A stretch of DNA of 55,037 nt, the filler included, from Ionaspis alba (lineage: Eukaryota), in NCBI GenBank assembly GCA_964255285.1. It is 2 parts of 2 records of this genome, joined end to end, with 100 filler letters (N's around TTAATTAATTAA, not from the genome) between each part and the next. Parts side by side here need not be neighbours in the genome. Positions count along the whole stretch, not along the records: positions 27,594 to 55,037 come from CAXUUL010000139.1; 1 more part is not named here. One strand, written 5' to 3'. Within the stretch, counting starts at the first letter, position 1, and each line of letters starts with the position of its first letter. Positions 37,471 through 50,489 of this stretch are shown here, one piece after another. Under the pieces are notes generated by a model. That model saw only the letters and a list, made by a program, of their open reading frames with translations. It did no database searches and was not told the origin of the DNA. The position numbers and the translations under genes were made by a program.

Positions 37471-40400
37471 ATGGAGGCACTCGGGGCTACCGCTTCTGTT
37501 ATTGCTATATTGCAGATTACCACAGCCATCTTAAAATACCTCAATTCTTTGAAGGGAAGGGAAGCAGACATCAAGGATATCATCCTCCGACTCGAAACGC
37601 TCAAAGATGTGCTTTATCGACTCAATGATTTAGAAGCTAGATCGCCTTCTGGTGCTCTTCCTGGTTTGTCGGAGCTTCATGCTGGACCTATTCCGAGATG
37701 CTATGGCGAGATACACGGATTACAAGATCGCTTGCAAAAAGCCCTTGGAGCTACTGGAATACGAGGTGTGGGAAAGAAATTTTCGTGGCCGGACGAGAAG
37801 AAGGAGATATTGAAGTCACTAGACCGAATCGATCAGACCAAGATGGCCTTCATCCTAGCTCTCAGCTCCGATCATGCTCAGCAAGGCATAGATATAAAGC
37901 AGAGCATCAACGTTCTGGATAGTCGTATCGCTTCTGGCAGAATTAGTGATCGCCATGAGTCTATTCTCCGATGGTTGAATAGCGGTCTCGACCCGTCTAA
38001 AATTCAACTTGGTGCGTGGAAAAAGCACCAGCCAAGCACGGGAGACTGGCTGTTGTGCGGTTCAAAATATGCTGAATGGAAACGAGGAGGACGTCACTCT
38101 TTGATGTGGCTCCATGGTATCCCTGGATGTGGTAAAACAGTCTTGTGCTCCACTATCATCAACGATCTGATGTGGGAGGTCGCTCCTCACCAATCGAGCG
38201 CATTAGCATACTTCTATTACGATTTCAACGAAGAACACGATAAGAGAACGAACACTGCCATGTTCAGATCCCTGGTAGGGCAACTTGCTTGCCAGAGGAA
38301 AGACATGCCTCGATACATCGACGACGTGTACACTACCTGCGCCGCTGGATTACGACTACCCAGCGAAGATCAGCTGTGCCAAATGCTTCTGGCTTCAATC
38401 CAAGGGTTCAGCAAGGTATACGTCGTTGTTGATGCCCTTGATGAAAGTGTGGATAGAGCGAAATTCCCTGAAGTTCTCACCAAGATCAAGAATCTCCATG
38501 TTCTGACAGCTAGTAGATACATAGAGGACGTGGCTCTGGCATTACAAGATTTCCAACCTGTGGAAATAGTCGCGAACGCTCGTATTGAAGATATAAGACT
38601 ACATGTGAAAGCGCGGCTGGCACTGGAGCCAAGGCTTGCAAGGCTGTCTGCAGAAGTCAAGACACAGATAGAGGAAAAGTTGGTCAACGAATCTGGTGGA
38701 ATGTAAGTCAATCTTCCCCAATTATGGTAGCACTTTTGGTTAGAGTTCTTCGTGATCAGTCTTCCATGTGTATGTGCAGGGCTTCTCTTCTTTCACAGAA
38801 TTTACGCAAGGAGTGTTACGGAGATGCTCATGAATGACAGGTTCCGCTGGGTCGAATGTCAGCTTGAGGCTCTTCGCAAGTGTCGAACTGCTGATGGGTT
38901 GACAACAACATTGCATTCCCTCCCTAAGACTCTCGATGAAACTTACGAACGTATCCTTGGGCAATTTGAAGACGAAGACCGGGAACTAGCTATTATTGCC
39001 ATGCAATGGCTTACGTTCTCTGCTCGACCCCTTCTGCTAGTTGAGTTGGCTGAAGTACTTGCGCTACGTCCCGGCTCAATCCCCGATGATCTGCTTGCAC
39101 CTGAAGATGTGCTTGCCATTTGTTCAAGTCTTGTTGTTCTGGATATGGACGGTTTCCTCAGATTCTCACACTTCACCGTGAAAGAGTATCTTTTGTCTAG
39201 TCGAATCCTCGATAGCCAAGTTTCTGTTTTTGCAATGAACAAGACGCAAGCCTCCAAGTGCATCGTTCATCGTTCACTAGAATATCTCTGCCTCTTCGAC
39301 AAACCGGATTCTCTGGATAAAGTTGATAGCATGCACAAAGCTCTGCAGAGTTCACCATACACGCTCAAACAATTCATGGCTAGCCAAGATCTTTGCGAAA
39401 TGTTTTCTAGCCGGTCTTCGGTCCCGAAGCCTTTTCAGAGATGCTATCGAACCGATGAGACGATCCAAGAGTTGAATAGAATTGCCGTGAGATATGAGCA
39501 CCGACTTCTGGAATATGCTTCTCTGTATTGGATGCTACACACTAGCCATCTCTTGCCACCTGATAAGGAAGAGCTCTCGCACGTGTTCTATCGATTTTTT
39601 TGCAACAAACAATCGTACTCCAACTGGCTCACAATCTACAACGTAGTGACTCTAGGGAGCTTTACACACGATGGTACCATGGAGATATTGAGATATTCCG
39701 ACAATATAAAATTCGCAGTCAGACTTGGCTTCACAAAGGCGGTGGCGGCCTTGTTGATGAACAAGCTCAGGGACTTTCTCACACAGAAACTTGACCCTAC
39801 GCAGAAGGTATTGGATATCCAACATACACTATCAGACTTGAAACGTTCATCAATGAGCTCCCATCAGGTAACGGCAACAATTTTGAGCCGTGTTTATCCG
39901 CAACAAGTTGCCGATCTTCAATCGTCTGGCCCTCCATCTTCCTGGACTGGCGGTGATCATTTATTGTGGAGTTGTTTACAAAACGAGACGAGGCTGGAAG
40001 TGTCTCAATTGTCTGAAGAGGCTACTAAGTATAGACCTTTACTCATCAGGCTGTTTCTCATGAACGACTGCTTGGAATTTATGCGTCAACTACATGACTG
40101 GCAATCCGATGGACCGATGTTCGAACTTTTAAGCTTTGCCATCGTTGAAAGCACAGATCGATGTATCGCATTCCTTTTCGAAGGTTTATCTTTCGATTTT
40201 CGATTTGATACTTTCGGTGCAATCCCCGACGCGGCTCCCATGTTAACTATGGATGATCACTTCGCCCGAAGCAACGACCATCCGATCACTATCGCTGCCG
40301 AAGCCCGTCGTCTAAAGATTGTGCAAATTCTTTTGCAACATGATCAGGAGCACTTCCGAGCCAGCGACTTAACCAGTCAAAACGAGACCTATTGTTCCGC

Positions 40401-40941
40401 AATACTCAGGCTTATTGGGACCACTCCTCCAGACATCGTTACAGGAGTGCAGACCCCTAAGCTGGACTGCGGGCCGATCAATTTGCATACCGTAGGAGAG
40501 ACGGAAAGGGCTATAGTTTCGGCTCTGGCGACTCGGATACGAGACTTTCGCGTACTTTTCGGTGGAGGACTCGAGATCCTATGTGAGGCAGTGAAGCAAG
40601 CCAGGAAGGCAGTAATACTGGCGCTCATTGATGCTAGCAACGAAGCTCAGGCTCTTTCGGCCTTCAACTACTATCACCCTATCGTGAGCAATCAAAAACT
40701 GAGCCGGGCACTGACCATAAGACGGAACAGGGGTGCCGTAGACGTTCCTGAGATTACACAAATCTTAATGGTCAAACTTGGCTTTGAGCCAGCCTACAAA
40801 GACGCGTTTCATCCGCTCGACTATGCCACCGATTATGTCCCTGGGCGTGGTCTAGCTCCAATCATGCAATCTGCGCTAGGACCTTCCAGGAGGACAGGTC
40901 ATGCTTTGGGCATGATACCACAGTCTCAGTATCAAAGCTAA
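37471..40941 (+). CDS. Fungal NLR-like STAND protein: HeLo-like N-terminal domain + NACHT + winged helix + degenerate ankyrin-like C-terminus
   Basis: N-terminal MEALGATASVIAILQI; STGDWLL; Walker A WLHGIPGCGKT; Walker B VYVVVDALDE; GMFRWVECQL...LPKTLDETYERIL; FSHFTVKEYL; LEYASLYWMLH. Intron 38703-38840. Confidence 0.9.
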
Positions 40942-41049
40942 AGAAACTGTTCGCTCACGGCCTGCCAAATGAATACCATCATACAATGCGGGCTCTGAAC
41001 CGTCAAATCAACCAATGCTCAGTCTCGACTCATGTGTGGAATACCTCAG

Positions 41050-41950
41050 CCAGTCTACTGTCAGATATAGGCACAAGTTACTTTAGAGCCTACAGTTATA
41101 CAGGCTCTCATTACCCTAGACGGGTCGCCTTCCTCAAGCCCCATGTTCGACCCCACGATTGGCTCGCCATGACACTCTCGTACCCTAATCACCAGAACTG
41201 TCTTGAGGTGTTGAGTCTGTTCTCTTTCAGCAAACCCAACAGAAGCTGTAGAGAACACCCAGAGGATGAGATCTCAGGCGTAATTGAATTCCTCAGCAGC
41301 CCCTTCGATCGGGTCAACCTGGAGATCCTCTTCTCCCGCCAAAAATGAGATACTTTTAACCATTAACTCGGTCCACCCGCTCTCCAGTGCCGACATCGCC
41401 ATACTATAGACGTCCCGTTAATCCCCTCCAAAACACGCTCTACGCCACCGACCCAGCGCTTACTACGGTTGCCCTATACTCAGGGTCACAGACCTGTCTT
41501 GATTACCGTGAACGCGATATGATTCTTGTACCGCTGCGGCCATGGAAAGATCCTAAGACGAGTGCCAGATGGTAGCAGCCACTGGTATGGTTATTCAGCT
41601 ATTGTAACTTGGGGATCGTGCCTGAAGTTGAATGGGAGCTTACAAGTACATATAACAGCGGGGACGAGCTGCAACTTCTGTGATAGTGTGAGAGGAACCC
41701 GGTGAGGCACTGGGGCAGGAAGAGAAGAGTCCGTATGGTCAATCCGTTTCTCTTTGAGAGGTATATGGAGAACTTTTCAAGTTTTATAGCTTTAACGAAT
41801 GATGCCACTTATAGAACAGGAATGATGTTATGCACGATGTGTTATCGATCATACTTAATTTGTCGTCAACCCTTACTGGCTCTTCGCAAAGGCAGAATAG
41901 CGGGCCATCCGGGGGCTCTGTCCCCAGTAGGTCTGGTTCCCGATTCATAA
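41050..41950 (+). pseudogene. Possible decayed gene downstream of the NLR
   Basis: ORFs 41387-41575 and 41702-41950 are in the same frame, interrupted only by TAG at 41573 and TGA-TAG at 41681-41686. No family recognised. Confidence 0.25.
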
Positions 41951-42177
41951 CTACGTTAGACATTGTGTGTGGTCATAATAATGACTTTGTTAACCAGAAG
42001 TAGACTATTTACAAAGGAGTAGGCGATAGTAACGAGGGCGAGGCCCACAAGTCCGAGAAATATAAAAGTCCCAACTGGAAAGAATCGTTGGGATGATGTA
42101 CCACGATCCAAAATTCCCAAAAAAAAAGCCTCCCAAGAACTTTTCCCTGAAGTGAAAGGACTGCAAACCAGAAAATA

Positions 42178-43806
42178 TCATCCACTATTGACTTCCCCTT
42201 CGTCCTTAATCCGCGCCGTCTCTACAAGCTCCGGGAAAGCCCTTGCAAACGCCGGGCCCAGAGTCCAATTATTCGGATCGCGCAGATGTCGTTCGAAAGC
42301 TGGATTAAGCACCAACTCATCCGGCAACTGTCCTTGGAGAACAACCTCCATTGGCTCAAAAGGCCAATTCAGCGACAACGTCCTCGTAAACGGTATGAAG
42401 AAGATATCCAACGGGACCGGATTCTCCATCAGGCAGATTTTATCTCTCATCTTAGGAAACGGCAAGCTATCAAGCCAGGCCGGATGGGGTGTATACACCT
42501 GCGTGTGACTCGGCTTCATCCAATCCGGGAGGCGCTCATAGTTCTCGCGATTGGGGCAGATATGCCAGCGGATGAGGAGGAACATGATGTAGAGAACGGC
42601 GACTTTGACTGGTGGCTCGGCGAGGTCAGGAAATGTGCTAAGAATGTCTGTGAGGAATCTTGAGAGCGGGTGCGTGTAGATGCCGCGCTCCGGTCGGAAG
42701 GCACAACAGAAGGCGGGATAGGCGGGTCCGATTAGATCGGCTTCTGAGTGGCCGGCTGCCGCGTACTGGCTCCGCTCACGGAAGAACTCAAGGAGGAGAC
42801 CGTCGAGGGGACATGTGGCTGGGATGTGGGTGGGACGAGCTAGATAGGCGGGGATTGGGATCTCCTGGCCGTTGTGGATGCTCCTAGCTCGAGTGAGACC
42901 ATGTGCTCCAGTTGCGGCGAGAGTGATGTGTGAGTTGGCTGGTAGTGCCGGGGTGATCTTGTCCCCATCAACTTGTGGTCTTCCGTGTTGGATGTCCGGG
43001 CGAGTCTCCGGTGAGAAGGCAAAATCGTGTCTCTGAGCCATGCCGAAGGACGTCAATCCATGGTGTGGAGCATCTCGGTGTCTATCCACTGCCGGATGCT
43101 CTGCGCCATAGACACCAGGACTGGATACAGTGAGGCCGCCAAGGGGCGGAGCTTGGGCTTGGGTAGCCCATGCCCGTGGAGTTATGCTGGAGGAAGAAGT
43201 ATTGATCGGGGTGCTCTGAGATACAGAGGCTTCGGCGTAGGAAGGGGTGATTGCGGAAATTCGGTGATTCGTGGCGGAGACGACGTCGGCTGGGGGGCTG
43301 AGACTCGAGTGTAGGGGAAGTGTCTCTCGGTATGGTGGGGTGATAATGTCTATCACAACGTTAGACCGAGATCCCAGAGTGAAATGATCATATTGCTGAA
43401 TTTCACCCTGACCACCAGCACCTATCAATGGTTGTAGGATGCTGAGCACCGAAGCCAGCCGTCTCTTGATCTCCGCATTCTCCGCCTCAACAGCCTCCTT
43501 CTGCCGAATAACACGCTGTAGGTCCTGGTAAGGCTGTTGAGATCTCAGCTCCCGGATAGTACGCTCAAGCGAGTCGATCTGGTTCTTCGTCCGTTCCCTA
43601 ATGGCCCTCTGAGCCTCTCGATCGTTGGCGCGCTTCTTCGCCAATTGGTCCGGAGTGAGATTGGCGACGCCGCGGGATCCCGTTGTAGAAGTCCGCCGCT
43701 TCCTGCCTGAGGTGGAACCATAGGATACCGATTCGGCAGGGGAAGGGGCGGGCGGACTGGCACTGGAAGGAGGATTGTTGTTATGCGGGGTGTTATCTGA
43801 CGGCAT
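42178..43806 (-). CDS. bZIP transcription factor with DUF3425 C-terminal domain
   Basis: Basic region LAKKRANDREAQRAIRERTK plus a leucine zipper. C-terminal LPDWMKPSHTQVYTPHPAWLDSLPFPKMRD...SLNWPF...NPAFERHLRDPNNWTLG is typical of DUF3425. Probable in-frame intron about 43352-43408. Confidence 0.9.
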   Translation of the reverse strand: MPSDNTPHNNNPPSSASPPAPSPAESVSYGSTSGRKRRTSTTGSRGVANLTPDQLAKKRANDREAQRAIRERTKNQIDSLERTIRELRSQQPYQDLQRVIRQKEAVEAENAEIKRRLASVLSILQPLIGAGGQGEIQQYDHFTLGSRSNVVIDIITPPYRETLPLHSSLSPPADVVSATNHRISAITPSYAEASVSQSTPINTSSSSITPRAWATQAQAPPLGGLTVSSPGVYGAEHPAVDRHRDAPHHGLTSFGMAQRHDFAFSPETRPDIQHGRPQVDGDKITPALPANSHITLAATGAHGLTRARSIHNGQEIPIPAYLARPTHIPATCPLDGLLLEFFRERSQYAAAGHSEADLIGPAYPAFCCAFRPERGIYTHPLSRFLTDILSTFPDLAEPPVKVAVLYIMFLLIRWHICPNRENYERLPDWMKPSHTQVYTPHPAWLDSLPFPKMRDKICLMENPVPLDIFFIPFTRTLSLNWPFEPMEVVLQGQLPDELVLNPAFERHLRDPNNWTLGPAFARAFPELVETARIKDEGEVNSG

Positions 43807-44385
43807 CAAGGCATGTGAATTATAAGGCCCAAAGCAATGGTTCACCACCCGGGGTGTTTGAGGATGCCGGCTGGGATCAGCACTTCATGCTCCAGTGAAA
43901 GGGGGTTCGTCGTGTCAGGTTGATGCATCTTGTGCTCCCACACCGAGTCATGTCGTTGTTCGATTCGCTTGCGCGCGTCAATCAAAAGCCATCTGCGGCT
44001 AGTCGTCCTCGAACTTCACTTGGCTTAAGAGTATGTCCCTGATCGCTATTTTCGAAGACAAGCCGTTGTCCAATGCTGGCCGGTCATGCCTGTCTACTAG
44101 ATGGTGTTCTTGGGGTAGAGCTGCTGCTTGATAGATACTACCCATGATGTCTCACGCGTATGGGCACGCGTTTAGGCTCGCTTGATCTCATCCAATCAGA
44201 TGTGACAGACACGTGAACTCGTCCTAGAAGACTGCAATCCCTCATGACACGCTCAAGATAAGAGGATCTGGTGTCTTCCCTATCCGGAGATATTCTGCGG
44301 TACAATCTCGTTCATTCTTATTGTCGTTGAAAATCCTTGAGAGAAAGTGCATCTTTTACGGCCTCAAGGCCCCGAGGCTGCTACC

Positions 44386-45323
44386 ATGGCTAGCTCTACA
44401 ACACAGTCGTATGCCACAAGCTATTTTACGAATCTTCCGCTAGGTATGATGTTCTCCAAACAGCAGTACCATCCAGCAGGACTGAAAGTCAACCAGAAAT
44501 ACGTTTAATTATTTATCGTCATCTCTTCCTGGACCCGCCGAATCACCTAATCTTCCCGCGTGAAGCTCGGCCTCCCAAACACCTGGCTATCATGCAGACA
44601 AGTCGTGGGATTCACTCTGAGGCTGCATCTATACTATACTCAGAACTCGCACTAATATTGCGCCCTGGAGACATCCTCTGCCTTCAAACACCGCCTATTA
44701 ATTACGGCGGAAAGTCCCCTCACAACACGTGGCGACATAACCCTTTGCATGGTGGTGGACTCAGTCAAGAAGATTGCCAGAAGGTGTATCAAACGTCGAA
44801 AATGGATGGCATCATGGAGCCTCATATCTTTGCTCAATTTCGAAAGATAATATTTCATGTGGACTTACACTTCAATTTTCACGAAGCCTTTCTCCGGATC
44901 AAGGAGGATTTGAGCATTGAGCCTGCGGACGAAATGAGGTTCATCAAGTTTCTGCAGCAATCGACGCTTTTTAAGGATTTCGTCAAAGTTTTGTCAATCT
45001 CACCGGTGGTCGATCGGCTTTCCGTGTATCTTTGCGTGGAAGTAGTGGCAAGCTTCGACATACTGAACCATCTGAATGATCCAAGCGACGAAAGGGAAAA
45101 TATGCTGGAGGGAGCAGCCAACGAGCGAGCTGTTGAAATCCTGCTTGACTGCGGGACGCTTTCACCACTTCGAGAATTGTCGAATGTAAAATCATTCAAA
45201 TTGGGGTTCCATATGCTTGATCGCAACAACGAGCTTTATCAACCACAGCCCAAGCACATGGAGATGGCGCAGAAATTGAAGCAGACTATCGAAGGCAACT
45301 GGCTAGCCAAGCAGAAAGAATAA
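44386..45323 (+). CDS. Hypothetical protein with an N-terminal F-box/2EXR-like motif
   Basis: ATG at 44386: MASSTTQSYATSYFTNLPL|EIRLIIYRHLF...LAIMQTSRGIHSEAASILY. An intron (about 44444-44497) joins it to ORF 44592-45323. Confidence 0.75.
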
Positions 45324-45818
45324 GAGGTTTTTGTAACACGAGAAGGCCTGGATCTATGGTGATTTGTATATCAGTCCTTTGAACGACTTGAAGCCCAGCA
45401 TTTGATTTTGCTTTTTTCTACTCCGAGGACTCCTCCGAACGGTTTGGAGGAGAGTGCTAGGGAAGATGGTTTGACATGCTATTGAACACAATCGACTACG
45501 TCGAGCAATCAAAAAGACGTGCATCAAATCAAAACGCAATTCTCTAAACTATTTGCACAATCCGAACAGGTTTTGGGGCAACAGCGGTGCATGAATCGGT
45601 CTGACACACGGCTGCTCACTCATAACGCTGGTGTAATGATATATCTGAAGATTGTGTATGGCTTGAGAATGCAAACACACGGATTCTGCGTCATTCGAGC
45701 AAAGAGAATCTCCCTCTATATTTTCCAAACAGTATGGTAGAAACGTTCGATCTACCCCAACGCCTACGCTCAACAAAACTAAATGCTTCGCCAAAAATAT
45801 TTTGGACAATAGCCAAAA

Positions 45819-46942
45819 TCACTCTAACATGTGACCCATTTTCCCGATCTGCCACTCAATTAGTCTCAATTCCTGTCAACACTTCAAAGGCCGGAAACTC
45901 GTGCCTTAGTTCGCAAATATCCCTCAATCTCCTCACTATGAATACCCTTCTTCCCATGACTTTGCCACGCCAGCGGCACCATCGCCACTCTCTCCCTAAC
46001 CACAACTTCCCGATTCGGGCCCTCAACCGCTCTCACCTTATCCGGGTTATTCGTCAGTAGCCTGATGCCACCTTCTCCACTTAAGCCCAGATCGAGTAGT
46101 ATTGCCGTCGCTAATCCATAGCTTCTCGCATCTGCGGGATGCCTCAGAAGCAAGTTCGCTTCCACAGTATCAGAACCTAGATCTTGCAAGTTGTACGCTT
46201 TGAGTTTCTCCCCTAGACCTATACCTCGCCCTTCTTGCCGTAGGTATACGATCACGCCACCCCTTGAGGAGGGAAGTGACATTAGCCGTGCGGCTTCGTC
46301 GAGTTGTTCGCCGCAGTCGCAGCGGGCCGACCAAGCTGTCTCGCCAGTGTAGCACTCGGAGTGTATTCGAACGAGGGGAGTCACGGGAGGAGAAGAGGAG
46401 GAGCTGGGATCTGAGGTGGGACCTTTGGCAGGTAGTGTCGTGGATTGGGGATCGAGCCGGCTGGATGTGCGGCCAGGATGTAGGCGACCAGTATAAGCAC
46501 CTCGAATCATGCGATCGAGTTCTGTCTCTCCCGGCTTGACAGCATCGAGAGATCTGGAGCGAATGTTCGGGCCAAAGACAATTGCGAGGTGTTCTTTGTT
46601 GTCGACATTGTTCTGGTAGAGGTGCAGGAACATTTCTGCGCCTGTCACGGTGGGAATGCGGGCACGGACGACGCAATTGACCTCCGGAAGGACATCGAGG
46701 AGTTTTGGACGAGGATCATTGGTGGTGTCGACGGGGATGGATTTCGCTTCTCGGTGGAGCGCTGGAGTGCCTGTTCCCGGAGTTGCGGGCGGGGTGAATG
46801 CTGGGCTGATGAGGGCGGCAGGTGGTGAAGCGGTGCGGTCATTGTTGAGGTTGTAGTGGGAGATCGCTCTGGCTGGGAGAGGGCGTGGACTATAGACTGG
46901 AGAGAGGTGCGAGGGAAGGTCGGGCATTTCGAGAGATGGCAT
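45819..46942 (-). CDS. RIB1: GTP cyclohydrolase II (riboflavin biosynthesis)
   Basis: [41 protein letters not shown] and LLTNNPDK. The terminal exon IGKMGHMLE* (45848-45819) is joined through a 56-nt intron. Confidence 0.95.
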
Positions 46943-47732
46943 GGTAGAAGAACAGCATGTTGATAGTCACGGTCGTGTGGAACCAAGGATGACGGCTAAA
47001 TGACGGGGCCCTGAGGTTTCCGAGGTTCGGACCTATATGAGCCCGCCATTGGCTTATGAAACATCAGTAAGCAACATTAGCGATAGTCGAGAAGCCGAGG
47101 ACATAGCGGCTGCTACAAAATGTTCAGTCATCCTTTTATGCCCTTTCTTACACGAGTGAAAACATACTGTCGCTGAAGATAAATGTACGAAATAACGAGG
47201 CTACCTCGTAGAGTACGAGAATCATTGGGATTGGCCTGCAACTTACGTATTGTTTAAGTGCTGGCACATGTTTCTGGTGAGGCAGGATTCTCAAACAGGT
47301 GTTTGCAGGATCGGTGACGAGTATTTGTTGGTGGCTTGCCATGTGGCTGACTATGCCTTGTTGTTCTTCCTATGTTCCTTACTCCTTGCTACAATGGTGT
47401 AACAAAGCGTGCTCTTGACATGACAGTTCGAATAGCTAGCCGATTACCAATGCACAATTACAACGAATATTGTTCACTAAACAGATTTCATTAATGGTCT
47501 TTCCTGGGATTGATTGCAAATGCTATTATTAAGCTCCTCCACACGAAGCCGAATGCAACGTCGATCACCAGCCCGGGCTGGGAACATGGACAAGTTATAA
47601 GGTTGACTCGTTCCCGAGTGCATCTTGAGAGTCATAGACTGCCTCCAGCATATACTCGATATTCTCACCTGAGTGTCAATCTATCCATCTCTCCCTTGTT
47701 GTGAGAGACTACAGCACCTGCCTCTTTCCACG

Positions 47733-48755
47733 ATGTCAGAACCCCTCGTCCTCATAACCGGAGCCTCCGGTATGATTGGCTTCCGCATTCTGATTCGCAC
47801 GCTTGAAGCCGGCTACCGCGTCCGCGCAGCTTTACGCTCACAGAGCAAAATTGACGAAATCCTGGCCTCGTCGCCCATCGAGTCCCTGGCGCCAGGACCG
47901 AAGTTGTCCTTCGTTCTCGTCCCAGACATCCTGGTTGAGGGTGCATACACAGAAGCATTGAAGGGCATCACCCATGTCATTCATGTTGCGTCCCCACTCC
48001 CCATGCACCTTACCAACGAGGATTATGAGAGCGGGATTGTTCAACCAGCAGTGAAAGGAACCACAAATATGCTGGTAGCAGCCTCCAAAACGCCCAGCGT
48101 TAAGCGCATCGTCATCACTTCCTCTGTCGCAGCTGTCGTTCCACGAGGGGAAAACAACGCGCCCGATTACTCCCCAACCTTCACGACAGACAATGTGGTC
48201 TCCACCATTAAGGGCCCGTATCAGGACGCTGGCGCGGCCTACTACGCTAGCAAGACCAATGCCCTCAATGCCACCAACGCCTTCATGAAGAGGGAGAAAC
48301 CAGCTTTCGATGTCATCAACGTCATGCCTTCCTATGTCATCGGTAGGAATGATCTCGCCCATGACGCCAAAGGAGCAGTTGGTGGCACCAATATCATCGC
48401 CCTGGGCCACGTCCTGGGAACCTCGACGGAGGAGCCGCGGTCTGGTACATCGGTCCTTCTGGATGATGTCGCAAAGATCCACGTTCTGTCGTTGGATCCG
48501 AAGGTCAAAGGCGGCCAGAACTTTGGCGCTAATGTCAAGGTGGTCTGGAATGATGCAAACGAGATCGTCAAGAAGCATTTCCCAGAGGCGGTCAAAGATG
48601 GAAGACTTCCTGCAACGGGCACTGTCCCGACCAGTGAATCGAACTTTATTGTGGAGCAGACAGAGAAGGTACTTGGGTTCAAGTTTCGGAGTTTTGAGGA
48701 CCAGGTTGTGGAAGTTGCCGCGCATTATCTTGAGTTGCTTGGGAAGAGCGGTTAG
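47733..48755 (+). CDS. NAD(P)-dependent aldehyde reductase/dihydroflavonol-reductase-like extended SDR
   Basis: Rossmann motif VLITGASGMIG, HVASP, VITSS and catalytic YYASK. Intronless. Confidence 0.9.
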   Translation: MSEPLVLITGASGMIGFRILIRTLEAGYRVRAALRSQSKIDEILASSPIESLAPGPKLSFVLVPDILVEGAYTEALKGITHVIHVASPLPMHLTNEDYESGIVQPAVKGTTNMLVAASKTPSVKRIVITSSVAAVVPRGENNAPDYSPTFTTDNVVSTIKGPYQDAGAAYYASKTNALNATNAFMKREKPAFDVINVMPSYVIGRNDLAHDAKGAVGGTNIIALGHVLGTSTEEPRSGTSVLLDDVAKIHVLSLDPKVKGGQNFGANVKVVWNDANEIVKKHFPEAVKDGRLPATGTVPTSESNFIVEQTEKVLGFKFRSFEDQVVEVAAHYLELLGKSG

Positions 48756-49152
48756 AACGGGTTGTGGAGCGGTAGCGGAACGAAGAAGGAGATGGAGGCT
48801 CTGCGGTTTAGCAATTTGAGTTTCGGAAGACGAACTCTTATAAAGTAGACATTGCAGAGCACGCTTTTTTGATTTTATGAAAACAGTCCATAGAATCTAT
48901 GTCAATGCCCAAAAATGAATTACAATGGTATAATGCAGAATATAAATCCCTGGCCAGCAGCTTTTATTACAAAGGGGATATCTCGGCGGACCGCAGAAGA
49001 AATGTATTGACGGGCAAAGAAGAAAGTCGCCGGAAGCCAGGAAGCCAAGAACCCAGACCCAAAAAAGTGCATCCCTAAGACAAGACTGTCTCTGACCGTA
49101 AGAAGTATCGTATACAATGAAATCATGACACAAAGCAAGGAGAGGTTGAAAT

Positions 49153-49955
<803 letters not shown>

Positions 49956-50489
49956 GGTTGCGGTTCTATATGAAAGGAGCTTCTCCGATGTGTCGGCGCA
50001 ACGTGTAACAGTAATCGCACAAAGCAGGACAGGTGAACCTTGCAGACACAGAGACCGCAATCAAGAAGCTGTATGGCTATCTGTAAGGCGATTATCGATG
50101 TAGCTGGAGAAGGCTGACGTTTGCGACAGTGACGTCTATCTAGGCGACGACGTGGGGTGCTTTGCAATTGGACACCGTTAGAGAATTTATCGTCTTTGAA
50201 ATAGTTGTGTAAGTTGGATCTGCAAAGGAGAGTTCTTGAATAAGCGTTGATGTTCTGTGTGTGAGCTATTCAGGTAACAAATTGCTAACTGCATCCTAAT
50301 TTCCCATTCTTATAAAACGTGACGCGGATACTTCGTGATTCTGAGTGGCCCGGCTTGAGCTTAAATTTTACGGCTCGCATTCGAATTTAGTACTAAATAT
50401 GGACTACATTTCATAGTATTATATATCGATATTTTGTCGACGTATAGTACCTTTTTTAGTATCAAAGTTAGGGTCAGAGGTTAAGAATT

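Noticed and set aside
47838..48725. 295-aa antisense ORF
   Set aside because: Shadow frame of the SDR gene on the opposite strand, with no recognisable motifs.
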